Shown here piece by piece: positions 36,258 through 48,316 of a stretch of 64,000 nucleotides of DNA. This DNA comes from an uncultured delta proteobacterium. GTDB lineage: Bacteria > Myxococcota > Myxococcia > Myxococcales > Anaeromyxobacteraceae. The notes beneath the pieces are model-generated. The model ran no database searches and was not told the origin of the DNA. It saw only the letters and a program-made list of their open reading frames with translations. The stretch is from positions 320,001-384,000 of the forward strand of contig CAWJSR010000029.1 of NCBI GenBank assembly GCA_963845515.1, in the 5' to 3' direction. Position 1 is the first letter of the stretch. Each line of letters begins with the position of its first letter. Made by a program: the position numbers and the translations under genes.

Positions 36258-37377
36258 CTAGTCGTCCACGATCCGGTCGGTCCGGCGGACGCCCAGGAGG
36301 TAGGGCTGGATGAAGCCGTCGAGGTCGCCGTCCAGGACGTCGTCGACCTTGCCCGTCTCCACTCCCGTGCGGAGGTCCTTCACCATCCGGTAAGGCTGGA
36401 GCACGTAGCTGCGGATCTGGGAGCCGAAGTCGATGTCCTTCTTCAGCGCCTCCACCGCGTCTATGGCAGCCCTGCGCTTCTTCTCCTCGAGGTCGTAGAG
36501 CCGCGCGCGCAGGATCTTCCAGGCCATCGAGCGGTTCTTCTGCTGGCTCCGCTCGTTCTGCATCGACACGACGATGCCGGTCGGGATGTGGGTCATCCGG
36601 ACGGCCGAGTCCGTCTTGTTCACCTTCTGGCCGCCCGCGCCGGAGGCGCGGTACGTGTCGATCCGCACGTCGGCCTCCTTGATGTCGATGACGATGTCGT
36701 CGTCGATCTCGGGCGTGACGTCGACCGCCGCGAAGCTGGTCTGGCGCCTGGCGTTCGCGTCGAACGGGCTGATGCGGACCAGCCGGTGAACGCCCCGCTC
36801 CGCCTTGAGGAAGCCGTACGCGAACTCGCCGCGCGCGAAGAAGGAGCCCTGGCTGATCCCGGCCTCCTCGCCGGCGACCATGTCCGCCGGCTCGACCTCC
36901 CAGCCCTTCCGCTCGCAGAACCGGGTGTACATCCGGTAGAGCATGGCGGCCCAGTCCATCGCCTCGACGCCGCCCGCGCCGCTCTTCACCTCGACGATCG
37001 CACCAGCCCGATCGTGCGGGCCGGAGAGCATCCGCTGGAACTCCAGCGCCTCTGCCGACCGCTCGACCCCGTCGACCGCGGCGGCCGCCTCGGCGCGGAC
37101 GCCCTCGTCCTTCGCCTCCTCGGCCAGTTCGTGCATCGCCAGGGCGTCGTCCAGCTCGCGGGCGGTGCCGTCGAAGCCTCCGACCACCTGCTCCAGCTGC
37201 GCCTTCTCCTTCAGCAGCCCCTGGGCCTTCGCGTTGTCGGTCCAGAACTCCGGGTCCTCCGACATGCGGGCGATCTCTGCGACGCGCGTCCGCTTCCGCT
37301 CTACGTCAAAGAGACCCCCGGAGCGCCTCTAGGCGCCGGGAGAGATCGCTGAGTCGTTCGGTCGTCGGTGCGGCCAT
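36258..37377 (-). CDS. prfB: Peptide chain release factor 2 with programmed +1 frameshift
   Basis: ATG 37377; GGGGG-TCT-CTT-TGA-C slippery site at 37311-37305 (codon 23); SPF and GGQ motifs. Confidence 0.97.
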
Positions 37378-37387
37378 CGCTTCGCTC

Positions 37388-39052
37388 CTACGTCGCTTCG
37401 GTGCGGCGCGCAGCGCGCCAGGCGAGGGAGAGCGCGGCGACTGTGAAGAGCGCGCAGCCCCAGGCGAAGAGGTCGCCGAATCTAGTGTAGAGGGTGGTCC
37501 CGCGCAACAGCGGCGCCTCCGCGAGCAGCAGCCGCGCGGGCTCCGAGAGGGCCGGGGCCAGCTCGGGGTCCACCGGTCCGATCTCGATCGCCCCCGGCGC
37601 CACCTCCCCGGTCGGGAGGAGCAGCGCGGAGACCCCGGCCCAGGCCGGCCTGAGCACCGTCCGGCCGGTCTCGATCGCGCGCAGCCGCACGATCGCCAGG
37701 AACTGGTACGGTCCCGATGAGTAACCGTACCAGGCGTCGTTGGTCGGGTTCACGAGCAGGTCCGCCTCGCGGCGCGCGAAGCCGCGGGCGAGCTCGGGGA
37801 AGATCGCGTCGAAGCAGATCAGGGGGGCGATCCGGAGCGGCCCGGCCGCACGCTGCATGACGAGCGGCTCGTCCCCGACGCCAGGGGTGATCGGCGCGAA
37901 CGTCGGGACCACCTGGCGGAGGAACGTCAGCCAGCGCGCCATGGGGACGTACTCGCCGAAGGGGACGAGGTGGACCTTGGCGTGGCGCCCCACCACCTCG
38001 AGCCGTGGCGTCACCAGGAAGGCGCTGTTGGTGACCCGGCGCGGGGACGAGCCGGACGCGTCGGGCTCGCCGCGATCCAGCGTCGCCGCGCCCACGAGCA
38101 CGTGCGCCCGGGACAGGGGTCGCATGCCGCTGCCCGGCGCGTCGAGGCTGCGCAGCCCTGCCGGCAGGTACATCGGGTAGGCCGCCTCCGGCCAGACCAC
38201 CAGCTCGGCGCCCGCGCCGTCTGCCTCCTCCGTCAGCGGGACCAGCCGCCCGAGGATCTCCTCGGCGTGGTCGCGCGCGCTGTTCTTCACCGACTGGTCC
38301 ACGTTGGCCTGGACGATCCCGACCTTCACGCTGGGCGCCGAGGCGATCTCCCCTCGGAGCGACACGAGGCGTGCCTGGCCGGCTGCCGCGGCCAGCGCGA
38401 GCAGGCCGGCGGCCGGGCCCAGCCGCCGGGCCAGCCCGCCCAGCCCGATCGAGCCCTGGCGCACCGCGCGGACCGCCTCGGCGATGGAGCCGTTCACGAA
38501 GACCACGAGCGCTGCGATGCCGTAGACACCGATGACCGCGGCGAGCTGCGCGATCGGCAGGGTGCGCGCCTGCGTGTAGCCCAGGTTTCCCCAGGGAAAG
38601 CCGGAGAGGTTGAAGTTCCGCAGCAGCTCGAAGGCCGTCCATACGAACGGGAGCTGGGCCCAGAGCGGCCAGCCGAGCCGGCGGCGAAGCGTCCACGCCA
38701 CCGCGAAGGCACCGCCCCAGTGCGCCGCCATGAAGGCCACGAGGAGCGTGAGCGCCACCACCGACAGCCAGAGCGGCAGCCCCCCGAACGAGGTCATCGC
38801 GTGGCTCACCCAGTGGACGGCCGCGAAGAAGTACGCCGCCCCGGCGACGAGCCCCAGCGCGAAGGCGCGGCGCGCGCGCGTGGCGCCGTCCAGCGCGAGG
38901 AGCGCAGGGACGAGCGCCATCCATGCGACGAGCTCCAGCCAACCGCTCGGCTCGAGCTCGCGGATCGAGAGGAATGGGACGACGATCGGGAGCGCCAGGG
39001 CCATGGAGAGCCCGGACGCGGCGGCGAGCAGGAACGGAAGGGACCGCTTCAT
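37388..39052 (-). CDS. lnt: Apolipoprotein N-acyltransferase
   Basis: SGFPWGNLGY, VVWPEAA, KVHLVPFGEY, PLICFDAIF, TNDAWYG. Confidence 0.93.
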   Translation of the reverse strand: MKRSLPFLLAAASGLSMALALPIVVPFLSIRELEPSGWLELVAWMALVPALLALDGATRARRAFALGLVAGAAYFFAAVHWVSHAMTSFGGLPLWLSVVALTLLVAFMAAHWGGAFAVAWTLRRRLGWPLWAQLPFVWTAFELLRNFNLSGFPWGNLGYTQARTLPIAQLAAVIGVYGIAALVVFVNGSIAEAVRAVRQGSIGLGGLARRLGPAAGLLALAAAAGQARLVSLRGEIASAPSVKVGIVQANVDQSVKNSARDHAEEILGRLVPLTEEADGAGAELVVWPEAAYPMYLPAGLRSLDAPGSGMRPLSRAHVLVGAATLDRGEPDASGSSPRRVTNSAFLVTPRLEVVGRHAKVHLVPFGEYVPMARWLTFLRQVVPTFAPITPGVGDEPLVMQRAAGPLRIAPLICFDAIFPELARGFARREADLLVNPTNDAWYGYSSGPYQFLAIVRLRAIETGRTVLRPAWAGVSALLLPTGEVAPGAIEIGPVDPELAPALSEPARLLLAEAPLLRGTTLYTRFGDLFAWGCALFTVAALSLAWRAARRTEAT

Positions 39053-39101
39053 GGATCGGGTGCGTCGGGAGGAGCGCGGCGCGCTCGGCGCGGCGCGGCC
39101 C

Positions 39102-39527
39102 CTACCGGGCCTTCTTGAAGAAGGATCCACCCGGCGCGCGCACGTCGGAGACGTCGACGTCGACGCCGCTCGGCTCGGGCTGTGGCTCCGCTGCCGCCTG
39201 GGCCCCCTGCGCGGCGCCGTAGGCCGCCGCCGCCGCGAGGTAGTAGGCGATCGCCTCGCGGACGAGGTGCCCCACCGGCCGCCCGAGGCGCGTGCCGGCG
39301 GCGGCCACCGAGTCGTAGAGGTCGGCGGGCATGCGGACGGAGATGGCGCGCGAGCGGGCCAGCGCCGCCTCCAGCCTCTCCAGCGCCTGGCTGGGGCGCG
39401 AGACGCGGAAGTCGCCAGCCTGGATCATCTCGCGGATCCGCTGGGCCAGGGCGTCGCGCGTGAACCACGCGCCGTCCAGCCAGACCGACTCGGAGTCGAG
39501 ATCGATGTCGGCGTACGGATCCATCAT
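39102..39527 (-). CDS. Small protein with C-terminal ribbon-helix-helix (CopG-like) motif
   Basis: ISVRMPADLYDSVAAAGTRLGRPVGHLVREAIAYYL. Confidence 0.65.
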   Translation of the reverse strand: MMDPYADIDLDSESVWLDGAWFTRDALAQRIREMIQAGDFRVSRPSQALERLEAALARSRAISVRMPADLYDSVAAAGTRLGRPVGHLVREAIAYYLAAAAAYGAAQGAQAAAEPQPEPSGVDVDVSDVRAPGGSFFKKAR

Positions 39528-40016
39528 CCCTTCTTCCGCCGTCGGGGACCCTTCCCCGCCCGGCTCACCCGCTGCTTCAACACGGCACCAACCAGACCGT
39601 CGGCCACGCACCAGCGCCTCTTCCCTCGCCGCCATCACCTTCGCATCGGCCACCCGCTCGTGATCGAAGCCGAGCAGGTGAAGGATGCCGTGGGCGAGGT
39701 ACCGGTCAAGTTCCCTGCGAACCGCGCGCGCGTCCTCGCCGCCGCGCCGCGCCGCCGTGTCCAGTGAAATTACCACGTCCCCGAGGAGCGTCCCAGCGCC
39801 CGGCGGATCCGATAGCGGGAAGGAGAGCACGTCCGTCGGCCGATCGATGCCGCGCCACCGCCGGTTCAGCCGCCGGATGCCGGCGTCGGTGGTGAGGAGG
39901 ATCGACAGCTCGGCCTCGGCCCGCCCGAGCGCGCGGAGGAACACGCGCGCCTTCTCGCGAAGCCTCCGCTCCGCCCCGCCCGCGCGCGGGTGATCGCTGC
40001 GGAGGAGGACGGTCAC
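39524..40016 (-). CDS. ybeY: rRNA maturation RNase YbeY (probable indel near 39605)
   Basis: LNRRWRGIDRPTDVLSFP, LGDVVIS, HGILHLLGFDH; the alternative 3' frame ends ...GPRRRKKG* overlapping the next ATG. Confidence 0.9.
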
Positions 40017-42357
40017 TTCCTGAGCACCAGCTGCACCGGCGGGCGGAGGCGTGCGGTCTCCCCGGTGTCTCCAAGGGGGTAGTCCGGGCGGGTGTGATAG
40101 ACGGCCTCGAGCGCGCGGACCATGGCCGCAGCGATGACGCTCAGGTCCTTGAGCGTCAGGTCGCACTCGTCCAACTGCCCCTCGATGAAGATCTCGTTCA
40201 CCCGGCGAGAGACCAGGCCGCCGAAGTCCTCCGCGGTGGGGGCCTCCATCGCGCGGGCGCTCGCCTCGCACGAGTCGGCGATCATCACGAGCGCCGCCTC
40301 GCGCGTCTGGGGCCGGGGCCCGGGGTACCGGAAGACCGCCTCGTCCACTGCCTCCCCGCGCCTCCCCTCCTCCGGCGCGCGCTGGACCATCGCCCAGAAG
40401 TAGCCGACGTGGCGGGTGCCGTGGTGCTGCTGGATGATGTCCGCGATGGCGCGTGGCAGGCGCCACTCCTGCGCCAGCTCGACGCCGTCGGCGACGTGGC
40501 GCTTGATGACCAGCGCGCTCATCGACGGGGCGAGCGCATCGTGCCGGTTCTCGCCTCGCTGGTTCTCGGCGAACCACGGCGGGTTCCGGATCTTCCCGAC
40601 GTCGTGATAGTACGCGCCCACGCGCGCCAGCAGCGGGTTCGCGCCGATCGACTGCGCCGCCGCCTCCACCATCGCACCCATCACGATTGAGTGATGGTAG
40701 GTGCCGGGCGCGTGGACGATCAACTCCTTGAGCGCGGGGTGATTGAGGTTGGCGAGCTCCAGGAGCCGGACGTCGGTGAGGTACCCGAAGGCCCCCTCCA
40801 CGACGGGGAGCGATCCGAGGACCACCACGGGGAGGAGCACCGCGCCGCCGACGAGCGCCGCGGCCGCGCCCAGGGAAGCGTCGGCCAGGCCGCGCGAGCC
40901 GAAGATCGCGACGGCGATCGCGAGCATGGCGCCCACGCCACCGACGGCGAGCCCCGCCCTGAAGAGTCCGGACCGATCGCGGCTCACCCCCACCAGCCCT
41001 GCGGCGGCGACCGCCGTCAGCGTCGCGTGGAGCGCGAGCGGGATCGACTGGCCCGCCACCAGCCCCGCCACGACGCCGACCACCATCGCGAAGAGGAGCG
41101 CGACCTCGGCCGCGAGGACCTGCCGCACCAGCATCGCTCCCGCTGCGAACGGCACCAGGAAGTAGAGGGCTGGACGCGCCCCCGGGGCGAAGCGATCGTG
41201 CAGCGCGTCGGCCACGGCGATCCCCACGAACCCGAGCAGCAGGGTGACCACGAGCAGGGCCGTGAGCAGCAGCGCGTCGCGCCGGACGAGCCGCAGCCGC
41301 GTCAGGTTGCGCCGGCCGAAGCGCCAGAGCACAACGACCGCGAGCGCGACGAGCGCGCCTCCTCCGAGCCCCACCCAGCCAGCGTCCGAGGCGTGCGCCT
41401 GGGCGCGCATCCCCTCGAAGACCAGGAGGTGGCGCTTCTCGATCCGCTCGCCGTCGCCGATGATCTTCTCGCCCCGCTTCACGGCGACCACGACCGGCTT
41501 GGCGCCGGCCGCCGCCTCGGCGCGGCGCCGCGCCGTCTCGGCGTGATTGCGCACGAGCGTCGGAGCGAGGGCGCCCTGCGCCACGCGGATCAGGGCGACA
41601 CGGAGGGGAGCGGGCGCGTCGCGCAGCCGCGAGGCGGCCGCCTGCTCCACCTCGCTGCGCGCGTCCGCGAGGTCCCTCACCAGCGAGAGGTCGAGCAGGG
41701 TCCGCTCTCCGCCCTCAGCTGCCTTTCCGCCCCGCAGGAGCCGCACCACGATGCCGCGCTCGCGCTCGGCCTGGAGGAGCTGGAGGTCGGCGACCACCAT
41801 CCCCTCCAGCCCCCGCGCGACGAGGGCGACGAGCTCCTGCTCGGCCGACTCGCTGAAACGGGCCGCCCCGAGCGCCTCGAAGTCGGCGTCCCGCACGAGG
41901 AGCTGCAGTCGGGAGACGAAGACGTCCCGCTGCGCCGCGTAGACCCGGGCCAGCTCTGCCGCCGCCGGCTCGCGCCGCCCTCCGCCGGCGCGGAGCCGCC
42001 CCTCCTCCTCTCGCATCACCGCGAAGGCGGCCTGGATGCGGGCGCCGGCCTCCTCCGCCGCGCCCTCGTCCAGGTCGTAGACTGCGCGCTGGGCTCCGCT
42101 CGCCTCGACGCGACGGCGCGAGGTCGCCTCCTCGTCGACGAGCTCGTAGTCGCGATCTGCCTTGATCGTTGCCGTCGCCGGCGTCGAGAGCGCGTCCTGC
42201 CCCGGGAGGCGGCGGACCGATGAGCCTGGGGCCAGCACGAAGGCGGCCACCACGCCTATCGCCGCCACCAGCGCGCCGCGCAGGAGACGGCCGCTGACGT
42301 CGCGGCGAAGGAGCCACGTCACGAGCCCGGCGACGGCCGCGTTGCCGCGCTCCCCCA

Positions 42358-42358
<1 letters not shown>
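40013..42358 (-). CDS. 7TM-HD (HDIG) phosphohydrolase, PgpH-like
   Basis: 7TMR-HDED-like extracellular part (VKRGEKIIGDGERI), 7 TM helices, APGTYHHS, YYHDVGK, QHHGT, YPGPRPQ, ADSCEA. Confidence 0.9.
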
Positions 42359-43356
<998 letters not shown>

Positions 43357-43359
43357 GGG

Positions 43360-44568
43360 CTACTCGATCGGAGCCAGGAGGACGTACCGCCCCCCCGGAG
43401 TCCGCCGGTAGGAGTAGGGCTGCTGCCAGGGGTGCTTCAGATCCCTGCTGGTGACGAGCCCGGCGTCGAGCAGTGCGTCGAGCCGTTCGGGGTACTCGCC
43501 GTTCTCCAGGCGGTAGACCTCGAGCGCCCCGGAGAGGCGCTGGACCTGGTAACGCGCCACGAACCGCTCCGCCGCGTTGTCGCGGACCACCGCGCCCTCG
43601 ACGCCCTCCCCCCAGGCGATCCCGCGCCGATCGACCCAGTAGGCGATCGCCGCGACCGCCGCCGCGATCACGATCGTCGCGACGACGCGCGCCGTCGCCA
43701 GACGGAACCGCGCGGTCCAGTCGGAGGCGTAGCTCCCGACGACCGTCGCGCGCCCCGTCGGCTGGATCGGCTTCAGGTAGCCCAGGTTGGCGAGGTTCAG
43801 GAGCCCCTTGCAGGTCTCGAACTCTCCGAGCCGGGAGAGGTCGATGATCTTCTCGACCGTGCGTCCGGGGACGGCCAGCAGGAAGAGCCGCCGCTCGGCC
43901 GCGCCCAGGTTGGCGAACTCCCCGTTGGACTCGCTGGGCTTCTCCGAGCCCATGGCGTCGAACGCGGCGTCGACGTCCGCCTCCTCCCGCCTGGCGCGGC
44001 GGGACTGGCCCCCTGCCCGCTCGGGCTCGAGCTCCTTGAGCCGCTCGAACGTCATCGCAGTGGAGGTGATCCTCCGCCGGACCATCGGCCACTCGTCGAC
44101 CTGGCGGAACCCCTCCATCAGCACCGACTCGGCGCGCAGCGGGGTCACCGACTCCGGATCCCACTCGACGTCGCCGGGGACGAACTCGTAGGTGCCGCTC
44201 TTCCAGTGGAAGAGCCGGTAGACCGTCTCCGTCGTCTGGAGCGCGGTCATCTCCTTCAGCTCCTGCTTGGAGACGAACCCGAGCTCGACGAGGATGTCGC
44301 CGAGCCGTCGCAGGCTGCGCTTCTGGAGATCCAGCGCGTACTCGAGCTTCTCCTGCGTGAGGACCTCGGCGCGCACCAGCCGGGTCCCCAGCCGCTCCCG
44401 GGTCTGGCGCCCGGCGTGCTCCGCGCTGACGACGTTGCCGTCTGCCATCGCGATGTGGATCTCTGCGTCGCGCCCCTCGAGATGGAGCATGCCGCTCTTG
44501 GCCTGCTGGCCGATGAGCTGGAGGATCTCTGCGATCCCGAAGTCCTTGAGGGTGCCCTTGAGCGCCAT
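43360..44568 (-). CDS. DUF4388-domain membrane protein with C-terminal pseudopilin-G-like segment
   Basis: MALKGTLKDFGIAEILQLIGQQAKSG; RLGDILVELG; one TM; ALEVYRLENGEYPERLDAL...PWQQPYSY. Confidence 0.75.
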   Translation of the reverse strand: MALKGTLKDFGIAEILQLIGQQAKSGMLHLEGRDAEIHIAMADGNVVSAEHAGRQTRERLGTRLVRAEVLTQEKLEYALDLQKRSLRRLGDILVELGFVSKQELKEMTALQTTETVYRLFHWKSGTYEFVPGDVEWDPESVTPLRAESVLMEGFRQVDEWPMVRRRITSTAMTFERLKELEPERAGGQSRRARREEADVDAAFDAMGSEKPSESNGEFANLGAAERRLFLLAVPGRTVEKIIDLSRLGEFETCKGLLNLANLGYLKPIQPTGRATVVGSYASDWTARFRLATARVVATIVIAAAVAAIAYWVDRRGIAWGEGVEGAVVRDNAAERFVARYQVQRLSGALEVYRLENGEYPERLDALLDAGLVTSRDLKHPWQQPYSYRRTPGGRYVLLAPIE

Positions 44569-44573
44569 GAGCT

Positions 44574-46758
44574 TCAGCTCCGGGTCCGGCGGAGGGCCTC
44601 GCGCACGGAGAGCGCGTACAGCGCCAGCCCCGCCGGGACGGCCACGACGATCTTGCCGACCAGGACCCACCTGGATGGCTGCGGCGGCGGCAGGACGCCG
44701 CGCCAGAACCAGACGACCGCCCCCACGAAGAGGAGGCCGAGCAGGAACAGGAAGCCGGGGATCACGGCACCGCGCCATACGAGGCCGGCTCCGCCGCCGG
44801 TGATCGCCAGGATCCGCGTCACGACGACGCCGAACCGCTCGTGACGGCGGACCTCGGCCTCCTTGCGGAGCCGGTCGCGCGCGTCGACGACCCCCTTCTT
44901 GACGAAGGCGTTGACGCACTGGCCGCAGAGCGCGCCGGCCGCGGCGTCGCACCGGCGACAGGCCGGCCGCCCGCAGCGCTCGCAGGGGGTCGACGGCGCG
45001 AGCCTCTCGCGCCCGAGCGCCAGGAGCCACATCACCGCGAGGAACGCGAGGCCGCTCCATGGCCACGCCGCACGAGGCAGCGCCCCCATGAGGCGACCGC
45101 GGACGTACGCCTGGAGCTCCTGCGAGGCGGCTCCCGCGCTCGCCAGGGCGGACACCTTCCGGGCCGGGACGGGGACGTCGACGATGAAGCGGTTCGCGGA
45201 GAAGTCCTCGTCCGAGCCGTACCTGGCCAGGAAGTCGCCGTCCTCCTGCTGGGCACGCTCGCGCGCCGCCTGGCTCTTGTCGAGCTCGGAGGTCCGCAGG
45301 TAGAGCTTGGAGAGGTTGTAGTGCGCCGCCGCGAGCGTGGTCAGATCGCCACCCGCGCGGTCGGCCGCGCCGAGGTACGCCGCCTTGGCCGCCTCGATGT
45401 CGCCCTGCAGGAAGAGGACGTTCCCCAGGTTGACCTGGACCTCGGCCGCGCGATCGTCCGACGCCAGCGCCAGCTCGTACCAGCCCTTCGCCCGCTGCAG
45501 GTCGCCGCGCCGCTTGAAGTGGCGCCCCAGCGCGGCCGAGAGGGCGGGCGGGGGCGCCGCCTGCTCCCATCGCGCCGCGAGCTGCTGCGCGGCGGCGTCG
45601 GAGATGGCGCCGTGCTCGATCTCGTGGACCGTCTCCCCCAGCGTCCCCGTCCAGGCGGCGGCCCGCACCCCCACCGACGCGAGCCATGGCGTCGCGATCA
45701 GGGCGAGCAGCGTCACCGTGCACAGCACCCTCTCGGCCGTGGTGAGGTAGAGCCAGATCACCGCGACCGCCATCCCGACCATGCTGGCGGGCCCCAGCCC
45801 GAACGCGAGCGGCGAGGCGAAGAGCACGAGGGCGAGGAAGGTGCTCTGGATCTGCGCGGTCCCACGCAGCAGCGGCAGGTGATGGAAGTCGTGGAAGAAG
45901 AGGCGCAGCCTGCGCACGAGGAGGATCGCCGCCGTCGCGGCTGCGGCGGCGAAGAGCGCCGCCAGCGCCGCCGAGACGACGTCGGTCACGAACGCCCGTG
46001 CCGTGTGAGGCTCCCGGACCGCGGCGCCGAAGGTGGCCCCGACGGCCGACAGGACCCTGCCGACCTCACGGGGGGAGTGGACCAGGAGCGCCCTGGCGAC
46101 TGCGATGTGGGCGTCCGCGAAGTCCGGCGCGACCCTCGCCGCGAGCTCGGCGTGCTCGACCGCCTCGGCCGGAAGGTTCGCGTCGAGCGCCCTCCCGGAC
46201 TCGCGCACGAGCGAGGCCGCCATGGGGATCAGGTTCTCGATCGCCAGCTCGCGCTGGGCACCGACCAGCGCCTCCTCCGCCGCCTTCGCGCGGGCCGGAT
46301 CCTGCTCGCGCAGCGCGGCGCGCCGCTCCGTCCAGGAATCGAGGAGCTTCCCCCAGCTCGTGCTCACGGGCACGAGCCGGCGCGCGAGCTCGCTCGACGG
46401 CTCCGGTGGAGGCGGGGCTGGCGGCTGGTCGTAGACGAGCCACGTGGCCGGCGGCTGCTCCGCGGCGGCCGCCGCGTCGCCTCCCGGGGTGGCCTGGACC
46501 GGCGCGGCCCCACCCGGCCCCTCTGCGGCAGGCGCCATCCGGGAGCCGGTCGCGTCCCGTCGCGTGGGCACCGCGCGGCGCTGGGACGGCCGACTCCTCG
46601 TCGATCGGTTCGCCGCTCTCGCGGGGCTCGTCCCAGGTCCCCTCGTCGGGGGCCGGCTCGTCCCCCAGCATCCTCGGCGCAGACACCTGCGCTCCCGCCA
46701 CTGGTGCGTGGAGGAGGGCGAGCGCTAGCAGGGCGACGAGGGGAGGGCGGCGGGTCAC
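44574..46758 (-). CDS. TPR-containing multi-pass membrane protein with Cys cluster (frameshift near 46570)
   Basis: Signal peptide from GTG 46758 in another frame; TPRs (VNLGNV, HYNLS); CERCGRPACRRC...LCGQC. Confidence 0.65.
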
Positions 46759-46806
46759 GCGAGATACGAATGCTAGCACGGGGCCACATACGCTAGAACA
46801 AGCGCG

Positions 46807-47641
46807 ATGACGCGAACCAGCCAGGCCATCGAACGTCTCCTCGGCATCATGGCACGCCTCCGCGGTCCCGACGGCTGTCCGTGGGACCGCGAGCAGACCC
46901 TCCAGACCCTCCGCCCGTACGTCCTGGAGGAGACGTATGAGGTCCTCGAGGCGATCGACTGCGGCGACCCGCGCGAGCACTGCGAGGAGCTCGGCGACCT
47001 GCTGCTGCAGATCGTCTTCCAGGCGCAGCTGGCCAGCGAGGCCGGCCGCTTCGACTTCGCCGACGTCGCGCAGGCGATCTCCGACAAGCTCGTGTCACGC
47101 CATCCGCACGTCTTCGGCAACGCCGAGGCGAAGGACTCGGAGGCGGTGCTGAAGCAGTGGGTCGCGCTGAAGCAGGAGGAGAAGAAGAAGAAGGGCAAGG
47201 GCGCGAGCGTCCTGGAGGGGGTCCCCCGCGAGATGCCCGCGCTGGCCCGGGCCGATCGCCTGACCGAGAAGGCGAGCCGCATCGGCTTCGACTGGCCCGA
47301 CGCGAACGGCGCGAGGGCGAAGGTGGTGGAGGAGCTGCGCGGAGCTGGACGAGGCGGTCGCCGCCGGCGACCGTGACGCGGTCGAGCATGAGCTCGGCGA
47401 CCTGCTCTTCGCGGCCGCCAACCTGGGCAGGAAGCTTGGAGTACCCCCCGAGGAGGCGCTGCGCGGTGCAGTCGCCCGCTTCATCGGGCGCTTCGCCCAC
47501 GTGGAGCGCGAGCTGGCGCGGCGCGGCGTGCCTCACGGCGAGGCGACGCTGGAGGAGATGGACGCGCTCTGGGACGAAGCCAAAGAACTGGAGCGTCAAG
47601 CGAAATCGGCCGATGACGCCCCTTCAAGGACACACATTTAG
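46807..47641 (+). CDS. mazG: Nucleoside triphosphate pyrophosphohydrolase MazG (extra G near 47341)
   Basis: LRGPDGCPWDREQT, EELGDLLLQ, RHPHVF; after the shift ELGDLLF...TLEEMDALWDEAK. Confidence 0.92.
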
Positions 47642-47655
47642 TGTTCCAGGTCCGA

Positions 47656-47860
47656 CGTGGAAAGTACGTGGACAACTCCCGGGTCGCCGAAGTCCCCCGG
47701 AGCGATGACAGAGCTGGCGCTCCCTGACGCGGCCTCGATAAACGCGCTCTTCATCAGTTGTTACGGCACCTTGCGAATCACGACCCAGAGGAGCCGGTAT
47801 CCCGATTACGCACTCTGGGGACGGGGGCGACCACAAAACGGCCGCCGGTGGATAACTCCC
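47656..47860. promoter_or_regulatory. DnaA-box-like repeats in the mazG-rpsT spacer
   Basis: GTGGACAACTCCC (47668-47680) and GTGGATAACTCCC (47848-47860); reverse TTGTCCACG and TTATCCACC. Confidence 0.4.
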
Positions 47861-47908
47861 CGAACCGACAGGCATTACGCACCCTTCCATCACCGACCCT
47901 TCGGGCCC

Positions 47909-47938
47909 TTGACGCAGCGGGGCCGGGGGGGATAGATA
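47909..47938 (+). promoter_or_regulatory. Putative rpsT promoter
   Basis: TTGACG-N18-TAGATA upstream of the GGAG RBS. Confidence 0.4.
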
Positions 47939-47971
47939 GCGCGACCTCGAAATTCCTCCGGAGAATCAAGC

Positions 47972-48244
47972 TTGGCGAACACTGCATCGTCAGAGAAGCG
48001 CAACCGGCAGACCCAGAAGCGCCACGACCGCAACGTTGCGGTCCGGAGCTCCGTGAAGACGGCCGTCAAGAAGCTCCGCGAGGCACTCGGCAACGGCGAC
48101 GCCGCTGCCGTGAAGAAGGCGCTTCCCGTGGCGGAGAAGGCGCTCGCCAGCGCGGCCTCCAAGGGCGTCATCCACAAGAACGCCGCCTCGCGCCGCATCT
48201 CGCGGCTTGCCCACGCCGTCGCCAAGACGGCCGTGGCCAAGTAG
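47972..48244 (+). CDS. rpsT: 30S ribosomal protein S20
   Basis: TTG start; MANTASSEKRNRQ...SKGVIHKNAASRRISRL. Confidence 0.97.
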   Translation: MANTASSEKRNRQTQKRHDRNVAVRSSVKTAVKKLREALGNGDAAAVKKALPVAEKALASAASKGVIHKNAASRRISRLAHAVAKTAVAK

Positions 48245-48316
48245 CCCTAGACCGCCGCGCCGTCTCCTCGCGCACCTCGCCCGTCGCGCAATGCGCGACC
48301 GGGTGGAGGTGCGTCG

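Noticed and set aside
39102..40577. Apparent YbeY-RHH fusion (491-aa ORF)
   Set aside because: A frame change near 39605 gives a natural YbeY end (ADGLVGAVLKQRVSRAGKGPRRRKKG*) whose TGA overlaps the RHH ATG, so the fusion is probably an indel artefact
47642..47665. parS-like TGTTCCA...CGTGGAA
   Set aside because: The half-sites are separated by extra bases and do not form the 16-bp palindrome
47624..47987. Small ORFs in the mazG-rpsT spacer
   Set aside because: Atypical codon usage, no convincing RBS and no recognisable motif
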